A DNA stretch of 64,000 nucleotides from Eledone cirrhosa (taxonomy: Eukaryota): assembly GCA_964016885.1 (NCBI GenBank), contig OZ024742.1, positions 295,864,001 through 295,928,000 on the forward strand, in the 5' to 3' direction. A program made the position numbers and the translations under genes. The stretch's first letter is position 1, and each line of letters starts with the position of its first letter. Positions 1-13,461 of the stretch are shown in pieces. The notes under the pieces are model-generated. The model searched no databases and had not been told where the DNA came from. It was given only the letters and a program-made list of their open reading frames with translations.

Positions 1-1512
1 AGCTAATTTCCCTCCAGGGGTAGCATCCACAAACATGACACTCTGGTATCTCTGGTTGTCGTACCATGAGGTGGCTTTCCCTATCTTATGTCTAGCCCTA
101 TCTAAGCTATTCCAGGATTTGCTCCTGTATAATGGGCAAATTCCTTTCATGTCCAGTTCTATGAGGGTCTTATACTTCTCCATGGCTCCTTCGTATACTC
201 TGACTCTGTCTCTTTGGTTGTAGCCAGAGAACTGCATGCGGTTGATGAAGTGTTGGATGTGTCATTCCATTTCTGTTGGGTTGCACATGCGGGACACATT
301 CTTCATCACTCGTACCAAATCTGCGATCAGAATATTAAACTTAGTGCTACTGGACATTGCTGAGTTTTTAGGTATCAGGTATTTGGAGGCCATGGGTTTA
401 GCATAGTGTTAGTGGAGAATTTAGGCTCTCTCGTCTATAGTGTTAATCCAGAGTTCCGTGTCTTATACATGTAGTCTATTGTTAGGGTGTTTGGAAGGGT
501 AGTCGATAGTTACAGTTATACTCTGGTGTATGGAATTAGCTATCTGCTAGATGATTTCCATTGTGCTACGTTCTAAATCAAACTTGATAGTGCTCTCTAG
601 TGGGGATGTTCTTATAACTATATTGATATCGTCTACATAACGAGAGTACATGATGAGGTCTATGGAGCTCTCATCAAGGAGATCTTTGAGTCTCCTTTCC
701 CACCATACCATAAAAAGGTTGGCAACATCACCAGCTATGCTGACGCCAATGGCTGCTCCCTCATTTTGGGTGTAGATCTTCTCGTTGAACCTGAATATGT
801 GGCCCTTTAGGGTAGTTTTGATACTAGCCCCTATTGCATGTGCGACCATTTTTCTTACCTGATCATTGTTTTGGGGGGTCCGTATAGCTTTGGTCCACCC
901 AATCCACCTTCCCATGGGAGTCTTTATTGCCATTGAGGTTATGGTGGGGGGGGGGGGTCTACCTCTTATGGGTCAACTAGGGCAGAAACGTCTAAGGTCA
1001 TGGCGGTCTAGGTAGTCAGTGTCGTAGGTAAGTCTAAGTAGGAGGCCCAGTTCGTCTGTGTCGACGTCGCAGAACTCCACCTCACTCTCAATGATCATCT
1101 CCACACATTTTTCCACAGCAAAATCAATGTTAATGGATGGGTACAGTGATACCACATCCATGCTGCCTATTATGCAGTTGGATAGGTTCCTGTTTTTGTT
1201 GCACTCATTGATTCTGCTGAGGAGGTCCTCTGTACTGTCACATACATCTGGGGACATCTTGATTATGGGGCGTATAAACATTGAGAGGAAGTAGGTCTTG
1301 TTGGTGGTCCTGTTGTCGGGTCGTCGAGTGTCTTGTGGTCTTTGCGGGGCCCATACAAGGGTGGTATGCCATTGTTAGACGCCTGGAAGTTGTTGGCAGT
1401 GCGTCTGCTTGGCTTTCGGATGTCAGTCCACGTCATCATGTGAGCGTTGAGGGTTTTCTCTCTCCCATCATGTGTTTGCTGTGCAATTTCGCTCGTGTTG
1501 GTGATGTGGGGT
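1..1512 (-). mobile_element. Penelope-like element (PLE), degenerate RT region, 5'-truncated, continues off the left edge
   Basis: Minus-strand ORF pieces 973-1281 (IGSMDVVSLYPSI) and 547-933 (EGAAIG..YSRYVDD) carry PLE-type RT motifs. The downstream frame reads DYPSKHPNNRL..HYAKPMAS..FVDATPGG with internal stops. Confidence 0.85.
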
Positions 1513-1513
1513 T

Positions 1514-1541
1514 ATATGTATATATATATATATGTATGTAT

Positions 1542-1638
<97 letters not shown>

Positions 1639-1859
1639 TATATGTATGTATGTATGTATGTATATATATATATGTATGTATGTATGTATGTATATGTATG
1701 TATGTATGTATGTATATATATGTATGTATGTGTATATATATGTATGTATGTGTGTATGTATATGTATGTATGTGTGTATGTATATGTATGTATGTGTGTA
1801 TGTATGTATATATATATATGTATGTATGTATGTATGTATATATGTATGTATGTATATAT
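1514..1859. repeat. (TA)n/(TATG)n compound microsatellite
   Basis: Direct reading. Confidence 0.98.
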
Positions 1860-2472
1860 GTCAGGTCACCAGTTGGTGCTACTGGTAACCTGTATCCCAG
1901 TACAACCTGTCTCATGGTCGGGTCGTTGGCGACTAAACTGGCAACCCCACCAAGGTTTCTTGGTGAGGAGGGTGACTTTGGACATCCTGCAGGACTAAAA
2001 ACAAAACCTGTCAAAGGGCAAAGGAGCTCTTAAGAGTCAATGGCCATCCAAAATCACCGGGAGATATGACCCCTTAGCCTTTGTCAAGGCAGAATTCTAG
2101 GAGAAGGAAAACTCTGATATAACACCTGCAACCCTGATGGTATCCAATGATGTTGACTTGTTCTTCTTTTTGGTAAATATCATCTTGGTTAAGAGAGTGG
2201 GACTGGCTTTGTGCAGTGCCTTTTCTCACTATAAAAGCTTCACGGCACAGGCATTGCTTTATATCTGGAGATCTCTCTGCACTTGTCGTCACATGGTACC
2301 ATGGGCCTAGCACTATGTGTCAATAATTGTCACAGGTGTAGTGTTTGTACCAGAGTTTTCAAGTCGTTGGCTGGACTAAAAAGTCACACTCGTTTAGCGC
2401 ATCAGTAGGGGTTCTCTTACATGGATATAAAGTAGTGGCTGTACTCGAAAACGAGTTGGCAGCCACCACACC
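1860..2472 (+). mobile_element. Element A copy 1: non-autonomous bipartite RTE-derived retroelement (RTE 5'UTR + C2H2-coding 3' end + (ATGT)n tail)
   Basis: Near-identical to copies at 16.7, 21.3, 22.1 and 31.4 kb. Shares the CTAGGAGAAGG..AACTC..GCACAGGCATTGC block with the RTE 5'UTR at 27270-27480. Has the 3' stem-loop CTCG-AAAA-CGAG. Confidence 0.85.
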
Positions 2473-2477
2473 ATGTA

Positions 2478-2508
<31 letters not shown>

Positions 2509-2544
2509 TTAATATATGTATGTATGTGTGTATGTATATGTATG

Positions 2545-2579
<35 letters not shown>

Positions 2580-3122
2580 GTATATATGTATGTATGTGTA
2601 TATATGTATGTATGTGTATATATGTATATATGTATGTGTATATATATATATATATGTATGTATGTGTATATATATATATGTATGTATGTGTATATATATA
2701 TATATATGTATGTATGTGTATATATATATATATATGTATGTATGTGTATATATATATATGTATGTGTATATGTATGTATGTATGTGTATATATATATATA
2801 TGTATGTATGTGTATATATATATATATATGTATGTATGTGTATATATATATATATATGTATGTATGTATGTGTATATATATATATATGTATGTATGTATG
2901 TGTATATATATATATATGTATGTATGTATGTGTATATATATATATATGTATGTATGTATGTGTATATATATATATATGTATGTATGTATGTGTATATATA
3001 TATATGTGTATGTATGTATGTGTATATATATATATATGTATGTATGTATATGTATGTATATATATATATATATGTATGTATGTATATGTATGTATATATA
3101 TATATATATGTATGTATGTATG

Positions 3123-3165
<43 letters not shown>

Positions 3166-3230
3166 ATGTATGTATATATATATATATATATGTATGTATG
3201 TACATACATATACATACATACATATATATA
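2473..3230. repeat. (TA)n/(TATG)n tract with local ~30-bp higher-order period
   Basis: Direct reading. Confidence 0.98.
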
Positions 3231-3497
3231 AAACACACACACACGAACTTGTGAGTACATTTTCCTTTAACTACAAATTATTATTATATACTTTCGTCTT
3301 TTCATTAACTTAATTAATTTCAAATAACCAGAATATACATATATATATATATATATACTCATATTTATATATATACGCTTCTCACTCACACACAAGAAAA
3401 ACAAAAAACAAAAATAAATCAAAAATAAATTTAAAAAAAAAAAAAATATATATATATTGAAATACTTAACTAAAACACACACACACTCAAAACTAGA

Positions 3498-4655
3498 ATG
3501 GCTAACCAGCAAAAATCCAAACAGAACTGGTCTGATAATGAAATCGACATTCTAATAAACACATGGCATTGCCTTTCCCAAACAGAAAATATAGATGCTT
3601 CATCTCTGAACGACATTGCTAAACGTACAGTTCAATTTTTGAAAACTCGATCTGAACAACAGATTCAAAATAAATTAAAGCAAATCGAAATTGCTTTTAA
3701 ATTAATCAATAAACATTTGGATAAACTACGGTGTGTTTTCTCTTTGAATGCTGTCCAGCAGCAGCAACAACAACAACAGCAGCTACAACAGCAACAACAA
3801 CAACAACAACAACAGCTACAACAACAACAACAGCAACAACAACAACAACAACGACAACAACAGTGTGAACCACTCCTTGATTCATCAACAATGGCCGATC
3901 TACTAAATGAAACTATTGACCCCCCAGTAGCCTCTGTCTCACAGCATGAAACGCCACATCCTTTCTCTGGCCCAGCAGTCCAATCATCACCACTGCCAAC
4001 ATCTCTGCCTACTACTACTACTACTACTACAACATTTTTGTCTACTGCTATGTCAAGGAATTTACCTTCTAATACCAGAACAAGAACTCTCCCTCCCACA
4101 GTCCACAAAGGTCATCAAATCCTACCCAAACCATCATCTACACCTCTCACAACACCCACACCCACATACCCACCCACTCGAAACCCCATCATTTGCCGCT
4201 ACTCTCTACGCTATAGAATATGTACGGATAGTGGCTGCAAATTCACCCATTTACCTAGGACAAAACGATCTATCCCCACAAACAGCCACCACCATAATAC
4301 ATACTCTAATTTAACACCAACACAACCACCAATAACTCAAACAAGGAATCCACAAATCTGCCGTTTTTCCCTGCGAGACAGATTGTGTTTAGACCGGGAT
4401 TGTCCCTTTACCCATCTCCCGGGGACCCGTCGGATAAATGAAAATAAAATTAAAAATAAAAGCAAAAACAAAAACCATAACCTACATAAAAATAACCACT
4501 ACCACAGTCACCAACAGTCTTCTAAACAGGAAACTTCTTCCTCTTTTTTAGCCATAATGAATCTGGCAAAAGAACTGGAAAAAACCATTCGAGCTATCAC
4601 CCAGCACCACCCTCCACTATCACCCCACTGCACAAACTCCCATTGCTGCCATTAA
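3498..4655 (+). CDS. LINE ORF1 protein: N-terminal Myb/SANT-like helix region, polyQ tract, two CCCH zinc fingers
   Basis: 385-aa open frame. NWSDNEIDILINTW..RSEQQIQNKLK; Q tract at 3757-3861; CRYSLRYRICTDSGCKFTH and CRFSLRDRLCLDRDCPFTH (C-x8-C-x4-C-x3-H). Confidence 0.8.
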   Translation: MANQQKSKQNWSDNEIDILINTWHCLSQTENIDASSLNDIAKRTVQFLKTRSEQQIQNKLKQIEIAFKLINKHLDKLRCVFSLNAVQQQQQQQQQLQQQQQQQQQQLQQQQQQQQQQQRQQQCEPLLDSSTMADLLNETIDPPVASVSQHETPHPFSGPAVQSSPLPTSLPTTTTTTTTFLSTAMSRNLPSNTRTRTLPPTVHKGHQILPKPSSTPLTTPTPTYPPTRNPIICRYSLRYRICTDSGCKFTHLPRTKRSIPTNSHHHNTYSNLTPTQPPITQTRNPQICRFSLRDRLCLDRDCPFTHLPGTRRINENKIKNKSKNKNHNLHKNNHYHSHQQSSKQETSSSFLAIMNLAKELEKTIRAITQHHPPLSPHCTNSHCCH

Positions 4656-7600
4656 CAAACAAACAAATTAACAACACACCAAAACAATTAAAACCATCCA
4701 CTCTCGCCTCTACATTTTTGCTTAACGCCCAAGGCATCAGCCCTTCCACCAATACTCAAAAATGGAAGATCAAATTCCTGGAGGACTGGATTGATGTCCA
4801 TCCAAACCACATCCCTTTCTTCGTCCTCACTGAAACCCATCTCAGTAACCTCCACTTGGAAGCCGAGGTGAAAGTGAAAAATTTCAAAGCCATCCGTGCT
4901 GATCGCGCTGGCAGAAGAAAGGGCGGAACTGCCATTTATGTCCATAATTCTTTCTCAACAGAGGCTATGAACATATTCACTAATGGATACTGTGAGGCAG
5001 TCACTGTATTCAGTCAAACCAACAACCTATTAGTAGTTGGGCTCTATAGGCCACCCCAAACGCCTGTACCATGCTTCAAGGAATGCCTCAACAGCATAAA
5101 GTGTTTCATCCAAGAGTGTCACCCTGACAACATCTTAATGATGGGGGACTTCAACCTCCCGGAGTTGACTGGTCCACAAACACCCTGCCACCAGGTTCTT
5201 CTGCCTCAACCTCTGACAGGGAAGCTGTGGAATCGCTTCTTGACTTCATGGATGATTTCTTCCTATCCCAACTAGTGCTCGAACCAACGAGGTGTCACAA
5301 AAACGTCCTAGACTTAATTTTCAGCAATCACACTGACAATATCCACAATATTGCAGTGGAGAAAACTCTACTCTCTGATCATGACATGGTTCTCTGTGAT
5401 CTGAGATTCCACCGTCCAATATACAAACCCAATGTCATTTCTCCTGTCCATCCGTTTGACGCTATGGATTTCCACAATGCAAACTGGGAAGCGATCAGTC
5501 ATGATCTTGCACATGTCGACTGGTCCTTCACGCACACTCATACACCCACTAACATCAAAAAGTCCTGGCAGACTTTTGTGGACACTGTTACAAACATATG
5601 TGCTAAACACACCCCATTAAGAACTATAAACAAATCTAAGAGCAGAATCCCTAGAAATAGAAAAACACTCATCAGAAAAATTAAGAGAACGAACAAAAAA
5701 ATCAACAAGCTGAAATACTGTCAGCAGCAACACATCAACTTGACTGCCATTTCATCACTAGAGATTAAAAAACATAACCTCCAAAACAACATAATGTCCC
5801 TCATCAACAATCAGAGAAGAGCTGAAGAGGCCTGGGCCATTGAGAAGATCAAACTCAATCCCAAAGTGTTCTTTTCATTTGCAAAAAAACACAAAATCAC
5901 TGGCTCTACTGTTGGCCCTCTAATTGATGAAAATGGCACTCTTCAAGACAATGCTAAAACCATGGGTGAGATACTGCAGAAACAATACTGCTCTGTTTTC
6001 AGCAATCCTGATATGGCCGATCTGGGCTGTATCGGCGATGTTACTCCCCATTACACCTTATCGGACATAACGTTTGGCGCCCCTGATGTCTTGGCGGCAA
6101 TAAAGGAAATCAAACATAATTCAGCAGTAGGTCCCGATAGGTTCCCTGCTTGTGTCTTGAAGGCGTGTCAACACCAACTTGCTTCTCCTCTTGCCAATCT
6201 GTGGCGGAACTCACTGGATGCTGGATATGTGCCAGAAAACCTTCTATCCCAGTCTGTTGTCCCAGTTTTCAAAAAGGGAAACAAATCCCTTGCCGTGAAT
6301 TACCGTCCAATCTCACTCACCTCTCATATCATTAAGGTATTTGAGCGAGTGGTGAGATCGCGAATGACCCACTTCCTTGAGAGTAACAATATGCTGAACT
6401 CCAACCAGCATGGATTCCGTAATGGAAGGGATTGCCTGACGCAACTACTGCATCACTTTGATGACATTTTGAGAGCCTTGGGAGAGGGTTCCAACACTGA
6501 TGTTATCTACCTTGATTTCAGCAAGGCCTTTGACAGGGTTGATCATAACATTCTACTGAGAAAGCTGTCCAATATTGGTGTCACTGGAAAGCTGCTGCAG
6601 TGGATCAAGAGCTTCCTGTCAAACAGAACCCAACATGTTGTAGTTGAGGGAGTCAAATCAAGCCCAGCCAAAGTCAGTAGTGGAGTCCCACAAGGCACTG
6701 TGTTGGGCCCACTTCTCTTCATCATCTATATTAATGACATCACTGACATCATCAAACACAGCAACATTAAAATTTTCGCTGATGATTCCAAGCTCCAAAA
6801 GGTCATCAATGGCGTGGATGACCGGATAAGCCTTCAGTCAGACCTACTGGCTGTTACCCAATGGGCAGAAAAGAACAACATGTTACTGAACGAAGACAAA
6901 TTCGAACTGATCCACTTTGGAAAAGAGGATGCTCTGAAACTCCCGTACTCCCTTCCCTCCGGGGAAACTCTCGTGGCATCTAACAACATCAGAGACTTGG
7001 GAGTAACCGTGGACAGCAACATAAGCTGGACCACGCATATAAGCAGCAAAGTTGACATGGCCCGCAGAATGTGTTCCTGGATCCTCAGAACCTTCCAGTC
7101 GAGAGATTCCCGCACCATTATCCTTCTCTTCTCTACTTTCGCCCGACCACACCTTGAATACTGTTGTCCACTGTGGTCTCCCCACACGAAACAAAGTATC
7201 ATGAAACTTGAAGCTCCTCAAAGGGCAATCACGAAAAAGATAGATGGCATGTCAGACCTTGACTACTGGGGTCGATTGGAAAACCTGAAACTTTACTCAC
7301 TCCAACGTCGCCGTGAGCGTTATATTATCTGCATGATGTGGAAAATGTTCCATCATCACTGCCCAAATGATGTTGGCATCGCCTTCAAGATACACCCAAG
7401 GCTTGGGCCCCGTGCTATCCGTCCCATTCAAAAATCTAAATCGCAACTCATAACAACAATACGGCACAATTATTTCACCTCAATCGGCCCTGCTCTCTTC
7501 AACATCACACCAGGACACGTCAAAACAGAAACTGACCACACAAGATTCAAGAAGTCTTTGGACAAATTCCTCCAAGTAATCCCGGACAAACCACCCACAC

Positions 7601-7662
7601 CCGGATATGTCTCCGCAAACAGTAATTCTCTTCTCGAATGGGCCATGGTGCCCAAATCCTGA
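4643..7662 (+). pseudogene. LINE ORF2 (AP endonuclease + reverse transcriptase), single frameshift near 5160
   Basis: LLNAQG, LTETHL, GLYRPP and GDFNLP, then a shift to GVDWST..SDHD. RT motifs YRPISLTS, YLDFSKAFD, GVPQGTVLGP, FADD. Only one visible lesion. Confidence 0.9.
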
Positions 7663-7737
7663 ATTGAAAGACTTCGCCAGGTGGTGCTATTAAGTTAGAC
7701 ATGGCCTGGGCCAATACTGGCCAAAACATTTCAAAGT

Positions 7738-7762
7738 TATATATATATATATATACATACAT

Positions 7763-7806
<44 letters not shown>

Positions 7807-7813
7807 ATGTATG

Positions 7814-7844
<31 letters not shown>

Positions 7845-7885
7845 ATGTATATATATATATATATGTATGTATGTATATGTATGTG

Positions 7886-7916
<31 letters not shown>

Positions 7917-7973
7917 ATATATATATATATGTATGTATGTATATGTATGTATATATATATATATATGTATATG

Positions 7974-8014
<41 letters not shown>

Positions 8015-8017
8015 ATG

Positions 8018-8056
<39 letters not shown>

Positions 8057-8209
8057 ATGTATGTATGTATATATATATATATGTATGTATATGTATGTAT
8101 GTATATATATATATATATATGTATGTATATGTATGTATATATATATATATATATGTGTATGTATATGTATGTATATATATATATATATATATGTGTATGT
8201 ATATGTATG

Positions 8210-8240
<31 letters not shown>

Positions 8241-8463
8241 ATGTATGTATGTATATATATATATATATGTATATGTATGTATGTATATATATATATATAT
8301 ATATGTATATGTATGTATGTATATATATATATATATATATGTATGTATATGTATGTATGTATATATATATATATATGTATGTATGTATATGTATGTATGT
8401 ATATATATATATATATGTATGTATATGTATGTATATATATATATATATATATGTATGTATATG

Positions 8464-8503
<40 letters not shown>

Positions 8504-8525
8504 AATATGTATGTATATATGTATG

Positions 8526-8563
<38 letters not shown>

Positions 8564-8658
8564 TGTATGTATATGTATGTATATGTATGTATATGTATGT
8601 ATATGTATGTATATATGTATATGTATGTGTATGTATATATGTATATGTATGTATATAT

Positions 8659-8694
<36 letters not shown>

Positions 8695-8711
8695 GTATGT
8701 ATATATGTATG

Positions 8712-8742
<31 letters not shown>

Positions 8743-8773
8743 GTATATGTATGTGTATGTATATATGTATATG

Positions 8774-8808
<35 letters not shown>

Positions 8809-8820
8809 ATATGTATGTAT
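7738..8820. repeat. (TA)n/(TATG)n tract
   Basis: Direct reading. Confidence 0.98.
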
Positions 8821-10920
8821 ATCATCATCATCATCATCAACGTTTAACGTCCGTGTTCCACGCTTGCATGGGTTTGGACGGGGGTAGTCCCACTTGAGGC
8901 AAGAGTGATTGTCTTGCTCGCATAGGACTATCTGGCAGGTTTTCTACAGTTGGATGCCCTTCCTAACACCAACCACATTTACAGTGTGGGTCTGGGAGGT
9001 TTTTACCGTGTTGCCTACACGGCCACATTACAGCGTGGACTGTGTGTTTTTTTATCGTGACACCTACACGATCTCATTTGTTTCGGCCTGGATGGCGCGG
9101 CACCAACATAACTTTACATAGAACGGGGTGGTGTGGATGGGGTGGGGGTGGTGGCGGGACGGGGTGTATTTTGTTAGAGATGCCTACTGGCAAGGCGGGT
9201 CTTCTCTGTTACTGAGTACCGCCAAAGGTCACGGTCCAGTGACATTGTCTTGGAGAGGTGTAAGTGTGTGAGGTCGGTGTTTATCAGCTCATCCCATGTT
9301 TTTCTAGGTCTGCCTATTCCGTGGCTACCGTCTATCTTTATTGCCCTGCACTTTGTAATACAGCTATCGACTTTCATGCGCATCACGTGTCCATACCAAC
9401 GCAGCCTTCTCTCGAGTAAACAACATCTGATCCCTCTTATCTCTAATTTTTTCCTTAGTTCGTTTATGCTTTGCCGTTCACGTATATTACTGTTACACAT
9501 CCAGCGGAGCATGCAAGCTTCATTCCTCTCTAGTCTGCGTATATCCTCTGCACACAATGCCCAGGTCTCACTACCATGCAACATTGCTGTTCGTATGCAG
9601 GCATCGTACAACCTGCCTTTCATTTTTAGGGAGAACCCTTTAGCAGCTAATAGTGGTATAAGCTCTCTGAACTTTTTCCAACCAGTTCTGACTCTAGCTA
9701 CAGTACTTTCAGAGCACCCTCCCCCACTGCTGATTTTATCGCCCAGGTAACGGAAGCTGTCCACTATTTCTATAGAACCCTCTGCGCAATTGAAAGAGCT
9801 AGTATTTTGTGGGCACTTGCTGCTACTTATTGCACCAGAACACCGGCCACATGTAAAGTCTATGTTCTTAGCTTACCTATGATCCCACTACATCTTTTAT
9901 GCACCCATACTTTGCATTTAGGACATAAGATGGAGTTTCTACCTACGCCTTTCCTACATACCGAGCACGACCATTTCCCAGAAGGGACCGCCGCCTTGTT
10001 TTCTTTCCTACAAACTAGAACTTTATCTTAGCCAGGTTAATTTTAAGTCCTTTTGACTCTAGGCCGTGCTTCCATGTTTGGAATTTCTTCTCTAGCTCGG
10101 CCATTGATTCCGCTATGAGTGTCAGGTCGTCTGCGTATAGGAGTTCCCATGGGCAGCCTGTCTTGAACTCCTCTGTTATAGCCTGAAGGGCAATAATAAA
10201 TAGTAGGGGGCTGAGAACAGAGCCCTGATGGACGCCAACTTTTACGCTAAACTCTTCACTATATTCGTTGTTAATTCTAACCTTGCTGACTGTTTCTTTA
10301 TACATGGCTTGTATAGCCCTCACAAGCCATTCGTCAACGCCTAGTTTTCTAAGAGCCCACCAGATAATGGAGCGGGGGACTCTGTCGAAGGCTTTCTCCA
10401 GGTCGACAAAAGCTAAGTAGAGGGGTTTACCTTTAGCTAGGTACTTCTCCTGTAGTTGTCGTACTATGAAAAGAGCGTCTGTGGTGCTTTTGCCTGACAC
10501 AAACCCGAACTGCATTTCATCTAGATCAATTCTCTCTCTGATTAGTTGCGCTATTACTTTTTCCGTGACCTTCATGACCTGGTCGATTAATTTAATGCCT
10601 CTATAGTTACTCCTATCTAGGGCGTCTCCTTTACCCTTATAACAGTTAACGATGATGCTGCTATGCCAGTCCTTCGGAACAACCCCATTCTGTACGACTT
10701 GGTTAACTATGCGGGTGACCATGGTGTGTCCCACCGTGCCAGATGCCTTCAGCATCTCAGCAACTATTTCCGAAGGCCCAGCCGCCTTACCAGTCTTCAT
10801 ATCCTTGATTGCCTTACTTATTATACTCCCCTCGACTAACACTGCTGGTCCCTCTATCGGGTCGATATGGGGGAGACTGTCTTTCTCCCATTTATTCTCC
10901 TCATTTAGTAGCCTTTCATA
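8821..10920 (-). mobile_element. 5'-truncated RTE-clade LINE, PHD-containing family, subfamily alpha; (GAT)n tail
   Basis: ORFs 10015-10842 ([23 protein letters not shown]) and 9174-9764 ([15 protein letters not shown]), with frameshifts. (ATC)n at 8821. Confidence 0.92.
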
Positions 10921-10932
10921 TATGTGTATATG

Positions 10933-10971
<39 letters not shown>

Positions 10972-11008
10972 ATATGTATGTATATATATATATATATATG
11001 TGTATATG

Positions 11009-11067
<59 letters not shown>

Positions 11068-11109
11068 ATATGTATGTATATATATATATATATATATATG
11101 TGTATATGT

Positions 11110-11140
<31 letters not shown>

Positions 11141-11190
11141 TATATGTATGTATATATATATATATATATATGTGTGTATATGTATGTATG

Positions 11191-11228
<38 letters not shown>

Positions 11229-11244
11229 CATGTATGTATATATA
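10921..11244. repeat. (TA)n/(TATG)n tract
   Basis: Direct reading. Confidence 0.97.
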
Positions 11245-11245
11245 G

Positions 11246-11479
11246 TTTAGCGAGGTTTTTTATATGAAATCGTGTGTCGAAACAAATATTGTTATACTTG
11301 GGGAGGGTCATATTTGTGTAATATTGCCAGAATTAATAACAGAACACACTCACTGTTTGGTTGGTTTTCGCTTCTCGCTGTCTTTTATATCTGCGATCTA
11401 ACTTAATAACAGTGAGTGTGTTCTGTTATTAATTCTGACAATATTACACAAATATGACCCTCCCCAAGTATAACAATAT
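11246..11479. mobile_element. Probable PLE terminal (pseudo-LTR) relic with 72-bp inverted duplication
   Basis: 11286-11357 is the reverse complement of 11408-11479 (1 mismatch). Similar to the sequence at 47070-47160 that follows a GIY-YIG-like relic. Confidence 0.6.
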
Positions 11480-11480
11480 G

Positions 11481-11530
<50 letters not shown>

Positions 11531-11648
11531 TGTATGTATATATGTGTGTGTATGTATGTATGTATATATATGTGTGTATGTATGTATATATATATATATG
11601 TGTGTATGTATGTATGTTTGTATGTATATATATATATATGTGTGTATG

Positions 11649-11687
<39 letters not shown>

Positions 11688-11784
11688 GTATATATATGTA
11701 TGTATGTATATATATGTATGTATGTATATATATGTATGTATGTATATATATGTATGTATGTATATGCATGTATGTATATATATG

Positions 11785-11841
<57 letters not shown>

Positions 11842-12304
11842 ATATATATATATGTATGTATATATATATATATGTATGTATGTATATATATATATATGTA
11901 TGTATGTATGTATATATATATATGTATGTATGTATATATATATATGTATGTATGTATATATATATATATGTATGTATGTATATATATATATATATGTATG
12001 TATGTATATATATATATATGTATGTATGTATATATATATATATGTATGTATATATATATATATGTATGTATGTATATATATATATATGTATGTATGTATA
12101 TATATATATATGTATGTATGTATATATATATATGTATGTATGTATATATATATGTATGTATGTATGTATATATATATATATATATGTATGTATATATATA
12201 TATATATATGTATGTATATATATATATATATATGTATGTATATATATATATGTATGTATATATATATATATATATGTATGTATATATATATATATATATG
12301 TATG

Positions 12305-12335
<31 letters not shown>

Positions 12336-12336
12336 G

Positions 12337-12375
<39 letters not shown>
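11480..12375. repeat. (TA)n/(TATG)n tract
   Basis: Direct reading. Confidence 0.98.
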
Positions 12376-12377
<2 letters not shown>

Positions 12378-12723
12378 CACGCAGTAATACAGGGTACCCG
12401 ACCTCCCATGGGTACATGCTGAAGCATATAAACAATATGCCCCCCCCCCCCTACCGCAAGGTGGTCGTGGAGGTGCCACGGCAAAAAAGCACCCAGCCCA
12501 CACTGTAAAGTGGACGTGTAGGCGCCACGAAAAATCACCCAGCACTCACTGTAAATGAGGTTGGTGTTAGGAAGGGCATCCAGCTGTAGAAATCAAGCCA
12601 GATCAGTTCCTGTATGAGCAAGGCATGGTCAGCCGACCAGACACTGCCCACAACAGGACAACCCGTCTAACCCATGCTAGCGTGGAAGAACGGACGTAAA
12701 ACGGTGATGATGATGATGATGAT
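12376..12723 (+). mobile_element. 3' end of RTE-PHD subfamily beta with (GAT)n tail
   Basis: Near-identical to 48982-49323. Confidence 0.92.
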
Positions 12724-12818
12724 ATATATATATGTATGTATATATATATATATGTATGTATGTATGTATGTATATATATATATATGTATGTATGTATGTA
12801 TATATATATATATGTATG

Positions 12819-12849
<31 letters not shown>

Positions 12850-12946
12850 GTATATATATATATATGTATGTATATATATATATATGTATGTATGTATGTA
12901 TATATATATATGTATGTATGTATATATATATATATATGTATGTATG

Positions 12947-13013
<67 letters not shown>

Positions 13014-13038
13014 GTATATATATATATATATATGTATG

Positions 13039-13071
<33 letters not shown>

Positions 13072-13096
13072 GTATGTATATATATATATATATATG

Positions 13097-13169
<73 letters not shown>

Positions 13170-13302
13170 GTATATATATATATATATATGTATGTATATA
13201 TATATATATATATATATATCTATGTATGTATGTATATATGTATGTATGTATGTATATATATATATATGTATGTATATGTATGTATATATATATATATATA
13301 TG

Positions 13303-13345
<43 letters not shown>

Positions 13346-13400
13346 GTATGTATATATATATATATATGTATGTATGTATATATATATATATGTATGTATG

Positions 13401-13461
<61 letters not shown>

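Larger units (their letters stand above)
3231..7738 (+). mobile_element. Apparently full-length CR1-group LINE (5'UTR, ORF1, ORF2 APE+RT, short 3'UTR)
   Basis: Two overlapping ORFs. APE and RT motifs plus the CR1-type C-terminus (RPHLEYCCPLWSP, LYSLQRRRER). TA/TATG tracts on both sides. Confidence 0.92.

Noticed and set aside
2146-2200. Box C/D snoRNA from ATGATG
   Set aside because: Box C is imperfect, with no suitable box D or terminal stem.
3665-4108. Poly-Cys and poly-Val antisense ORFs
   Set aside because: Antisense shadows of the CAA/CAG polyQ tract of ORF1.
11255-11320. SECIS element (ATGA..AAA..GA) in the PLE-like terminus
   Set aside because: The helix next to the ATGA/GA quartet does not pair adequately.
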